DNA from: a virus | Taxonomy: Duplodnaviria > Caudoviricetes | IMG/VR virus record: IMGVR_UViG_3300025103_000049 | Location: 1 to 42,778 of that record | Direction: 5' to 3' (one strand) | DNA: 42,778 nt | Shown here: positions 25,595-33,687 of the stretch, piece after piece | How the letters are laid out: each line of letters begins with the position of its first letter | Numbering within the stretch: position 1 is the stretch's first letter | Program-made: the position numbers and the translations under genes | The notes under the pieces: model-generated | What the model was told of the DNA's origin: nothing | The model's input: only the letters and a program-made list of their open reading frames with translations | Database searches by the model: none

Positions 25595-28339
25595 ATGACA
25601 AAAACGACAGAAGCAATTGGGGGTTTCCTAAACAACGTCCCCGTAAACTTCGCCAAGGATTTGACCCAGCGGTACAATCCCGGTATGGAAGTACAAGTAA
25701 TGGTTGACCCCACGGGCGGGGAACCAGTATATGAGGACGACCGCCTCATTCGCAATACGTGGTCATGCTCTCCACCTGATATGGAAAGCTACACGTTCCA
25801 CCATATTCGTGTACCTCGGAATGCTATGTCCGAGCCGTACTTTAATGACACTGCTATGAAGTTCCCCCTCATGCGACACGTTGAGTGCATCGGTATGACT
25901 GGCTGGAACTGGCAGTTAAAGAAGTCACTGTGGGTAGGTTTCGATTTCGATTCGATTACCGGACACGCAGCAGGTGTAGGTGTTGACGACGAATCCTTAA
26001 TGGCGGTCCGTAAAGCCGCTTCCAACATCCCGTGGGTCCAAGTCCGTAAATCAACGGGCGGCAGTGGCTTACACCTGTATGTATACTTTGACCCCTCCGA
26101 CGCACCAGACACGGAGAACCATAACGTCCACGCCGCTCTTGCACGGGCTGTACTGGGGATGATGGAACGTGAGGCTGGCTTCGACTTCCGGGGTAACATG
26201 GATGTACTGGGTGGTAACATGTGGTGCTGGCACCGCAAGATCAATGCAGACAATGAAGGTTTGGCAATCATCAAAGATTGTGATTCCGTCTGCCCACGAC
26301 TCCCAGCCAACTGGCGTGACAACGTTGATGTAGTCAACGGCACTTCGAGTAAGATCAAGTTCAACGGCGTTGATTCGCGTGACTATGATTCCTTCGAGGC
26401 ACAGACTTCATCACGTGTTAAGATCGAACTAGACGATACCCACAAGCTGATCGAGGAACGCATCCACGAGCTTGGGTACACCATCGTCTGGGTTCCCGAT
26501 CACCACTGCTGGCAGACCCACACACACGCTTTCGTGGAACTTATGAACACATACCCGGATGAGTACCGTGGCGTGTTTGCGACCCACTCAAGCGGCTCTG
26601 ACAAGGGTAAGCCAAACTGCTTCGCCTTCCCCGTTAAAGACGGTGGACTACGACTGACCCGCTTTGGTCGAGGTGCAGCAGAGCATGACACTTGGAGACA
26701 AGACGGTAACGACTGGACTTGGACGTTCTTCAACCGACCACCGAGCCTGCAAGAAGCAGCAGCGGTTATGGGCGGTGCAGAAGACCCCGATGGTAAAGGT
26801 TGGGTATTCGGTGACCTCGATGATGCAGCACAAGCAGCGGCACTCATGGGCGGCAACCTCAAGCTCGACGATACTTGGATGGAAGTGTTCGGCCAAGACG
26901 GTGGACGTAGCATCACCATGCGAGAGAACAAGGACAAGCAACTTGTCCTAGAGATGCCTAAGAAGGCCAATGACAGGACTCCTAAGGGCTGGATAGCCAA
27001 GGGACGTAAGTTCACTACCCTCTTACGCAACGTTCGCACAGAACACGTTTACGAAGAAGAAGAGACTACCTACGATGACAGAGTTCGGGCACTGGTTGAC
27101 ATGAACAATGAGTTCAGCCAATGGGTGTGCCGCAACGAAGACGGTGAGTGGGTTGGACACAGTAAGGACAATACCAGATCGGCCCTACGCATTTGGGCAC
27201 CTGACGACGTGGAAACAATCCTCGGACGTTTAATCCTAAAGAACTGGAAGATCGTTAATGTGCCATTCCAACCTGAGTACCTCGGTAACCGTAAGTGGAA
27301 TCGACACGCACCACAGTTCGCTGTCACTCCCGGTGAGAACGGCGACAACACTCGCCACTGGGATATGGTCTTAGACCATTGCGGCCAAGACTTAGATGAG
27401 TCCGTTGCCAAAGACCAATGGTGTAAGGATAACGGCATCCTAACTGGGGCCGACTATCTACGATACTGGATTGCCTTCACGTTCCGTGACCCGTACTGCA
27501 AGTTACCTTACTTGTTCTTCTACGGTCCACAGAATAGTGGTAAGTCGGTCCTGCACGAAGCACTGTCTATACTCACCACGGGTGGCATCGCACTAGCCGA
27601 TGAAGCACTCAAGAGTAAGTCAGGGTTTAACGGAGAACTCGCCGGAGCTGTCCTCTGTGTAGTTGAAGAGACAAACCTGAACCCAACGTCTGCTGGCGGT
27701 CGAACTGCCTACGATAGAATGAAGGCATGGGTAACTGGTGAAGAGATTCTGATCCACGCTAAGTATCAGCAACCCTTCCCGTTTAAGAACACTACTCACT
27801 GGATGCAGATGGCGAATGATAAGAGCTACGTTCCTATCTTCCCCGGCGATACACGAGTCGTGATGATGTACGTTCCGATGATCGAGGGCGTAGAGATTCC
27901 GAAGCACAAGTTACTCGACATGCTCAGGGCCGAAGCACCTTCGTTCCTCCGCTCGATCTGTGACTTGAAGTTGGTGTCACCTCCGGGTCGTCTGCGACTG
28001 CCAGTCTTAGAGACTGATAGTAAGCGAGAGGCATCGGAAGACGGAGACAGCCTAGTGTACCGTTTCATTCGAGAAGAGTGTCACATGGTTCCCGGCTACG
28101 CTCTCAAGCTGAAAGACTTTTACGACGCATTCGCTGCATCACTGGACGAGACCGAAAGGCTCGACTGGAGTTACAACCGAGTCATCGATGAGTTCCGAGG
28201 CAGAGGCATCATCCCAATGGGACGGGCATCAGGTAACATCACCTGCATTGGCAACGTGTCATTGATGCCAGCAGAGGCAGGAGTCGATTACGGAAAAGAG
28301 TACATTCAATCTAGACAACGAATTATACGGAGACCATAG
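25595..28339 (+). CDS. AEP primase fused to SF3 (D5-like) helicase
   Basis: GFDFD (motif I), KSTGGSGLHLY (motif II), GPQNSGKS (Walker A), CVVEE (Walker B), KAWVTG, DTR. Confidence 0.88.
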   Translation: MTKTTEAIGGFLNNVPVNFAKDLTQRYNPGMEVQVMVDPTGGEPVYEDDRLIRNTWSCSPPDMESYTFHHIRVPRNAMSEPYFNDTAMKFPLMRHVECIGMTGWNWQLKKSLWVGFDFDSITGHAAGVGVDDESLMAVRKAASNIPWVQVRKSTGGSGLHLYVYFDPSDAPDTENHNVHAALARAVLGMMEREAGFDFRGNMDVLGGNMWCWHRKINADNEGLAIIKDCDSVCPRLPANWRDNVDVVNGTSSKIKFNGVDSRDYDSFEAQTSSRVKIELDDTHKLIEERIHELGYTIVWVPDHHCWQTHTHAFVELMNTYPDEYRGVFATHSSGSDKGKPNCFAFPVKDGGLRLTRFGRGAAEHDTWRQDGNDWTWTFFNRPPSLQEAAAVMGGAEDPDGKGWVFGDLDDAAQAAALMGGNLKLDDTWMEVFGQDGGRSITMRENKDKQLVLEMPKKANDRTPKGWIAKGRKFTTLLRNVRTEHVYEEEETTYDDRVRALVDMNNEFSQWVCRNEDGEWVGHSKDNTRSALRIWAPDDVETILGRLILKNWKIVNVPFQPEYLGNRKWNRHAPQFAVTPGENGDNTRHWDMVLDHCGQDLDESVAKDQWCKDNGILTGADYLRYWIAFTFRDPYCKLPYLFFYGPQNSGKSVLHEALSILTTGGIALADEALKSKSGFNGELAGAVLCVVEETNLNPTSAGGRTAYDRMKAWVTGEEILIHAKYQQPFPFKNTTHWMQMANDKSYVPIFPGDTRVVMMYVPMIEGVEIPKHKLLDMLRAEAPSFLRSICDLKLVSPPGRLRLPVLETDSKREASEDGDSLVYRFIREECHMVPGYALKLKDFYDAFAASLDETERLDWSYNRVIDEFRGRGIIPMGRASGNITCIGNVSLMPAEAGVDYGKEYIQSRQRIIRRP

Positions 28340-28341
28340 AG

Positions 28342-28740
28342 ATGGCGAAAGCAAAACGTGACAATAGTACTAAGCCGCAACTGAGCCGATTCTTTCGAGA
28401 GTTCCCCCTGTGCAATGAAACACTTGCACGGGTGATGGCTTTCGGGGCAGCGAAGTACAACGAAGGCAACTGGAAACTTGGTGGCAAACCCGACACAGAG
28501 TATCTTGACTCTGGGATGAGACATCTAAGCCAGTTCCTCAACGGTGAGACGCACGATGCTGATTCAGCTTGCCACCACTTGGGACACGCAATCTGGAACT
28601 TCTGTGCTTTGTTAGAAATCAACTACGCTGGGGACTCGCCCATAGCGGAGGATTATAGAGAGAGACTCGCTTCTGTGAAGTCGGTCTGTGAACCCAAGGC
28701 AGACTTGGGAGATTGGTCAGGTGATCGTCATGGATGCTAG
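28342..28740 (+). CDS. dATP/dGTP diphosphohydrolase domain protein (DUF5664-like)
   Basis: KP.L, LARVMAFGAAKY...NW..G, Y.DS..RHL, D.DS...HL.HA.WN. Confidence 0.82.
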   Translation: MAKAKRDNSTKPQLSRFFREFPLCNETLARVMAFGAAKYNEGNWKLGGKPDTEYLDSGMRHLSQFLNGETHDADSACHHLGHAIWNFCALLEINYAGDSPIAEDYRERLASVKSVCEPKADLGDWSGDRHGC

Positions 28741-29347
28741 TTTCCCATCACTCCCGAACCTCAACGGAAACCCCCTCGCGGTGGTGGACGTTGAGACTAC
28801 GGGAAGGATCGGTGGCTACCATGAAATTATTCAGATAGCCATTGTCCCTATGACAATTGACCTAGAGATAGCTGAGGTTCAGCCGTTCTACTGTAACATC
28901 AAACCCAACCACCCAGAGAGGGCAGAAGATACTGCCTCCTCGGTTCACGGTCTGAGCATCGACGATCTAATGTTGAATGCTCCGTCACAGTCAAGAGTTA
29001 TTGAATTCCTCCTCGAATGGTTCTCGGCCTTACCCATGGGGCACTCTCGGAGGTTTACTCCGATTGCACACAACTGGGGTTTCGAGAGAAGTTTTCTAAC
29101 TCCGTGGTTGGGTCCTGATTTGATGAACTCATTGTTTAGCCCGCACCCAAGGGATACCATGATCTTCGGCTCGATGCTTAATGATCGGGCAGCGATGATG
29201 GGTAAGGAACTTCCGTTCCCAAGGGTAGGACTAATGGACATGTGCCGCAGGTACGGCATTGAAATTGAGAAAGCTCATGACGCACTAGCAGACTGTATTG
29301 CTACAGGCAAACTATATGCGTCACTGATGCGATCTATGTTAGGCTGA
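28730..29347 (+). CDS. DEDDh 3'-5' exonuclease (DnaQ-like)
   Basis: VDVETTG, EIIQIA, AHN.GFE, DT, AHDALADC. Confidence 0.9.
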   Translation: MDASFPSLPNLNGNPLAVVDVETTGRIGGYHEIIQIAIVPMTIDLEIAEVQPFYCNIKPNHPERAEDTASSVHGLSIDDLMLNAPSQSRVIEFLLEWFSALPMGHSRRFTPIAHNWGFERSFLTPWLGPDLMNSLFSPHPRDTMIFGSMLNDRAAMMGKELPFPRVGLMDMCRRYGIEIEKAHDALADCIATGKLYASLMRSMLG

Positions 29348-29665
29348 TCTGAAAGGACAGGCCTTGCAAATACTGGGATTGACCTGTGTAGATTTGTGTG
29401 GACACTTTCCGTCCATGCAAATGTACGTGGGGGCATAACTCCCATCCTTCTGCAATAGGATACCAGTCATCCTGTTCTCGCACACAAAGTCCTCGTTTGG
29501 ACTCAGTACGTGCGGTTGTTCAGGATGAGCTGTGTAGCCTTCTAGCTTAGGCACATCTGCCTTTAAGGGGAACACGATGTCTCCATCTTTGTTAAGTACT
29601 GGTGCCCGCCGAGGGGCCTCAAACCCCTTGACTCTTACCGGACCTCTGCATCTTCCGCAACCCAT
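29339..29665 (-). CDS. Cys-rich hypothetical protein
   Basis: MGCGRC... C...C...CxxCPF; ATG 1 nt after the stop of the upstream TGA-containing gene. Confidence 0.65.
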   Translation of the reverse strand: MGCGRCRGPVRVKGFEAPRRAPVLNKDGDIVFPLKADVPKLEGYTAHPEQPHVLSPNEDFVCENRMTGILLQKDGSYAPTYICMDGKCPHKSTQVNPSICKACPFRSA

Positions 29666-29666
29666 A

Positions 29667-29933
29667 TTAGCAACCCCATTTCTTTCTGGACCAATAGTTA
29701 GCTGACAACTTGCTGTCAGCCCCTTTGATACCTTTACTCCTAGCACAGTAACTTTTCTTTGCCTTGGCGACGTTAGGCTTATCCTTCATGTTTGGATCAC
29801 CAAACCGAACGATCTTTTCCTTACCACCTTGGCAACCTTTAACAACCCAGCTTTTGCTTCCGCCGGAAGCACGTTTGGGTTTGTTTCATTTCATCTTGTC
29901 CTTGCTAACACGTGTAGCTTTCTTCTTAGCCAT
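29667..29933 (-). CDS. small basic phage protein with in-frame TGA at codon 16 (candidate selenoprotein, or pseudogene)
   Basis: AAGGAG SD; MAKKKATRVSKDKMK*NKPKRASGGSKSWVVKGCQGGKEKIVRFGDPNMKDKPNVAKAKKSYCARSKGIKGADSKLSANYWSRKKWGC-TAA; fills the 29666-29944 gap; absent from the ORF track. Confidence 0.7.
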
Positions 29934-29944
29934 ATCTATTCTCC

Positions 29945-32900
29945 TTAAGAAAATGGTCCGACGCACGGCTCAGGTGGTTCCCACCCTTCTTCTCCGAATC
30001 CGTCTAAACCTAGAATTGTTTTTTCGTTACCTTCACTATCGTACTCGCCAGATCCTTGGTAACCAATGAATCCAGTTCCGCCACCGTCTTCACAGCCGCC
30101 GCCACCCGAACCTCTGTTAACAACAAGAGCAGGGTGAATGCTACCGACTGTACCCGGTGCGTTCTTCATAGCAGTGAGTGCGGCAGAGAATGCGTCCCTT
30201 TCGGATTTACTTCCGAACGAGAACCACTCCGTCATACTTACAACTTGGTTTTGTACTACGCAACCTGATTTTCCAGGCTCGCCACACTGACACCATTCTG
30301 CCTCGCATGGGTTTTCTGGATCAGAGCAGATAGCACCTTCAGCAATGTAAACAGCATCGACTGGACTGAAGTAGAACACCTCGATGTCGTAGTGACATAC
30401 GTTGGCTTCGTCCAACTCTTCAGGTGTCGGTAAGTCCTTGAGGGCTTCGTTACCAGATGAGTTCGGGGCACCAGCACCAGCACCACCGTTAGCACCAGCA
30501 CCGCTAGTACTACCTGAACCAGAGTTCAAGTTGTTAGTGATCTGACCCTGTTGGTTTCCGATCTGACCTTCTTGCTGTAGCTTTGTCTCTTCGAAGTTAG
30601 ACTCAGTGACAGATATCTCGTTAACCGGTGACAGGTTTGGTGGGATGACAGAGTTGTCTTCGTCCACGTCGATCTCTGGTTTAACGTCGTCCACGTCGGT
30701 GGGCTTCGTGTCACCCTGATCGGGTCGGCACTCGTTGTACAAGTCGATTGCTAGGCCTTCACATGGCCCCTTCTGTTCCCAGCTAATTGTCTGGAACAGG
30801 TTCGGGTCGCCACTACCAAGAACGTGACCCTCTGGGGGTTCAACGTCTACACCCGGTCCACCGCCGCCAAGGTTACCAAACTGGATATCCTCTTGGGTAG
30901 GTCTAACGGACTCGATAGTCAGGTTAGCTGGGTAAGCAAACTCGTATGGAACCTTCTCACCGGATCGAACAGGTGTGTTGATCACGAAGTCGATTGAGTT
31001 GTCATCGGAGTTGTAGGTGGCAGTCTCGACACGACACTTGATTGTGCCGTCAGCGATATCCGGTAGCGTAACAAACACGCCATCCAGAGTCTCTAGTGCC
31101 AACTTGTTAATAGGTGTCTTGCAGATGATCTTACGCCAAGTGTTAGCCATTCGCATCAGCCAGAACGTGCCCGACTTCTCGACCAACTCTTGTACGTTGT
31201 AACAGAAGAAGTCAATAACCTCTTCGTGCATTCCGTACCGCTGACCGTTGTAGCGTAGGATAACTTTGTAAGGATCGTCTATAGACAGGCGAGGTCGCCA
31301 CTCGCATACCAGCTTGGTACGCAAGTCGTCTGTACTTGTGTGGTCAAGAACGAGAGAGTTGGCAAGCACATCATTTTCTGTGATCACGCCATCTTCTTCA
31401 GGTTCTTCTGACAAGTACTTCAACTGAAACTCATCGTTGCGAAGCACAAGGGCCATGCGACCTTGGAAGGCCATGTCCTTGAGCAGATCGAATACGTTGG
31501 GTCGTCCCGGCACCATGAAGTGCATGGGGTAGTTGTCTACCTTGGTCTTGATGTCAGCAAACGTGGCATCCCAAGTGTAGGGTGTGTACTTGTCAATCAG
31601 CCACTCCATCTCATCGACTGGGTTCGGCCCAACGCTAGATGTCATGGTGACGTAGATATCATCTTCCCAACCTTCACCCAGTGAGGACAAGGGTCGATCG
31701 AAGACGATCTCTGTTGTTGTGTATACGTTAAAGTCAGACTGTCTAACTGTATAGTACGTGTTAGGCACAGTCGTGAGCTGTCTTAGGTTACTCGTGCTAA
31801 ACGTCCGGTAAGCCTTGACCGTGTGGATCGTGGACGGTAGGAGGTTAGCAATAAACACCAACTCATTGTCACCGGAGATGGTGACCTCAGAGCCGGGATC
31901 GGCCCAGAAGAAACCCGCCAGCTTAAACTGAGAGAGGTAATCCCAACCAGTCTGTTCGAGCGAGTCACCAGTGTCTTCGACCATGATACTTGGTGTAATT
32001 GTACGACCCGGTGGTAACAAGGTAGAACCTCGCCACCCCGCACAATCCTCAGACAAGATACAACGCTTTGAACCAATATCGGATTGGTCGCCTTCGTTGG
32101 CATCGCCGGGGGCAGCAGTCTTAGGTGCCGTTGAGCATACCCAGTATTTGATCTGTGGGATCTCAGGATCACCTTCGACCAACTTGGGGTGCTTCTTTGC
32201 GGTCACTGAGAAGTTGGCTGTGGGGTTCTCTGGAGTACCGTTGAACTTACCCGTGATGATGGCACCCTGGATGTTAAGGTCCAGTGTCACACCTTGTGGG
32301 AACTCTCTACCACCTACGATACTGAGCAGACTACGCTCAGTCTGTATCTGTTGGTTATAGTTCAGTTGCATCTCGCACTGGACTGCCAGTTTTCGGCATT
32401 CGCAGTTGACATCACGCTCGTAGGTCGGGACTGTCTTCAAGACGTAACTACCGGCGAAACCCGCCTCGTAGTAAGTGTTAAATCCTTGGAAGACCCAAGC
32501 ACAGCAGATGTTACCGGCCTGTTCCTTCTTAGGCATCAGCATGTAGTCGGTGATACCAAAGCCAGTTTGCAGAAGACCCTTACGTGGGGTACGTGTCCTA
32601 AGAGCGGGTACGTCTCTGACAGTACCGAACACTAGGGGCCACGACTCGCCAATCAGTTCTTCGCCAACGATTCCGAAGTTACCTTCTTCGACGGAGAACC
32701 CAACCTCAGCATCTTCGATCCGTGTTAGGATATCAAAGCTGATAGACCGACTGCCCTCGTTCCATTGAAACGGTGAGCTGATCTGACCTTTGAAGATCAG
32801 GAACTTATCATCAGTCCCCATGCCCTCGAACCACTGGTAGACCCATGCGGCTTCTTTGTGTACATCGTTTTGGTCGATGATATCTTTAATCGTACCATCA

Positions 32901-33148
32901 GTATCGTCTAGCGTAACGCTGATGGACTGTGAGTCGCTGGACGTACCAGACGAAACACTCTGGACTACAACTGTGTTGTCTAGCCCAGACACTTCCAGTA
33001 TCTTACCACCTGTACCTTGGATGTTCTTATCCGAGTAGGTGTAAATAGTGCCGCCGTCAACCCACTGGATCTCGATGATCAGTGCTGGCTCAGTCCCGAA
33101 GGCTTGGTCCAGTCTGGTTTGTGCCGCAGATGATATGCTCCTAACCAT
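29945..33148 (-). CDS. large tail tip / baseplate hub-like virion protein
   Basis: 1067 aa; IF.G.I, WPLVFGTV..VPA and other segments typical of siphophage tail tip proteins; downstream end of the tail module. Confidence 0.7.
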   Translation of the reverse strand: MVRSISSAAQTRLDQAFGTEPALIIEIQWVDGGTIYTYSDKNIQGTGGKILEVSGLDNTVVVQSVSSGTSSDSQSISVTLDDTDGTIKDIIDQNDVHKEAAWVYQWFEGMGTDDKFLIFKGQISSPFQWNEGSRSISFDILTRIEDAEVGFSVEEGNFGIVGEELIGESWPLVFGTVRDVPALRTRTPRKGLLQTGFGITDYMLMPKKEQAGNICCAWVFQGFNTYYEAGFAGSYVLKTVPTYERDVNCECRKLAVQCEMQLNYNQQIQTERSLLSIVGGREFPQGVTLDLNIQGAIITGKFNGTPENPTANFSVTAKKHPKLVEGDPEIPQIKYWVCSTAPKTAAPGDANEGDQSDIGSKRCILSEDCAGWRGSTLLPPGRTITPSIMVEDTGDSLEQTGWDYLSQFKLAGFFWADPGSEVTISGDNELVFIANLLPSTIHTVKAYRTFSTSNLRQLTTVPNTYYTVRQSDFNVYTTTEIVFDRPLSSLGEGWEDDIYVTMTSSVGPNPVDEMEWLIDKYTPYTWDATFADIKTKVDNYPMHFMVPGRPNVFDLLKDMAFQGRMALVLRNDEFQLKYLSEEPEEDGVITENDVLANSLVLDHTSTDDLRTKLVCEWRPRLSIDDPYKVILRYNGQRYGMHEEVIDFFCYNVQELVEKSGTFWLMRMANTWRKIICKTPINKLALETLDGVFVTLPDIADGTIKCRVETATYNSDDNSIDFVINTPVRSGEKVPYEFAYPANLTIESVRPTQEDIQFGNLGGGGPGVDVEPPEGHVLGSGDPNLFQTISWEQKGPCEGLAIDLYNECRPDQGDTKPTDVDDVKPEIDVDEDNSVIPPNLSPVNEISVTESNFEETKLQQEGQIGNQQGQITNNLNSGSGSTSGAGANGGAGAGAPNSSGNEALKDLPTPEELDEANVCHYDIEVFYFSPVDAVYIAEGAICSDPENPCEAEWCQCGEPGKSGCVVQNQVVSMTEWFSFGSKSERDAFSAALTAMKNAPGTVGSIHPALVVNRGSGGGGCEDGGGTGFIGYQGSGEYDSEGNEKTILGLDGFGEEGWEPPEPCVGPFS

Positions 33149-33407
33149 TTAGAAACTCCCGTAAGTCGTCGATCAGCGATTCTACATCGTCTTGATCATA
33201 GGTTTCATGTTGATTGACAGGCTCAAGGGCGTTGATAGTCAGTGCCCAGTACGCTCGGTCAACAAGTTCTCTTGCCGTGTTAATGTCCCGTTTAGGCTTC
33301 GTACCCTTGGAACTCGATTTGGATTTGATTGAGGGTTGAGTTGCCCGGTGAAGACGCTGCCCGCCCCACAGTCTCAAATTCGAATGGGTTCGTAGTGAAA
33401 TATCCAA
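33141..33407 (-). CDS. small hypothetical protein, start uncertain
   Basis: C-terminal ~50 codons fill the 33149-33291 gap, but the only ATG lies 115 bp inside the upstream gene. Confidence 0.35.
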   Translation of the reverse strand: MDISLRTHSNLRLWGGQRLHRATQPSIKSKSSSKGTKPKRDINTARELVDRAYWALTINALEPVNQHETYDQDDVESLIDDLREFLNG

Positions 33408-33687
33408 TGTAGTCTTTTCCTGTGTGCTGTAGCGTTACTTTGACTTGTGATCCGTTATAGCTATCGAAGAAAGCTCGCAACTCCAGTGCCTTGGCTTTTG
33501 ACAGCCGCACAGTCCATACAAGTCTCTTACGTTGGTCTTTTGATTTCACATACGAATACCGAGTGCCGTTCATCGACCTCTTGATTTCCATAGTGTTGGT
33601 GGAACCCACCGAATCCCCTTGTAGGGGATTGGGGGCGTAGTGCATTGATACCGGTCCCGGCCAAGGCGTTTGAATGATTAAAGCCAT
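33292..33687 (-). CDS. distal-tail-like minor tail protein
   Basis: 131 aa; RSMNGT..SY, L.W..L..A.A..L.AFF pattern; TAATG coupling. Confidence 0.65.
   Translation of the reverse strand: MALIIQTPWPGPVSMHYAPNPLQGDSVGSTNTMEIKRSMNGTRYSYVKSKDQRKRLVWTVRLSKAKALELRAFFDSYNGSQVKVTLQHTGKDYIGYFTTNPFEFETVGRAASSPGNSTLNQIQIEFQGYEA

Noticed and set aside
28342-28740. Definite Z-genome (2-aminoadenine) call
   Set aside because: No purZ in the window; the diphosphohydrolase alone is not diagnostic.
29764-30069. 101-aa plus-strand ORF over the 29.7-29.9 kb gap
   Set aside because: Antisense to the TGA-containing gene, which has the SD, operon orientation and exact gap fit.
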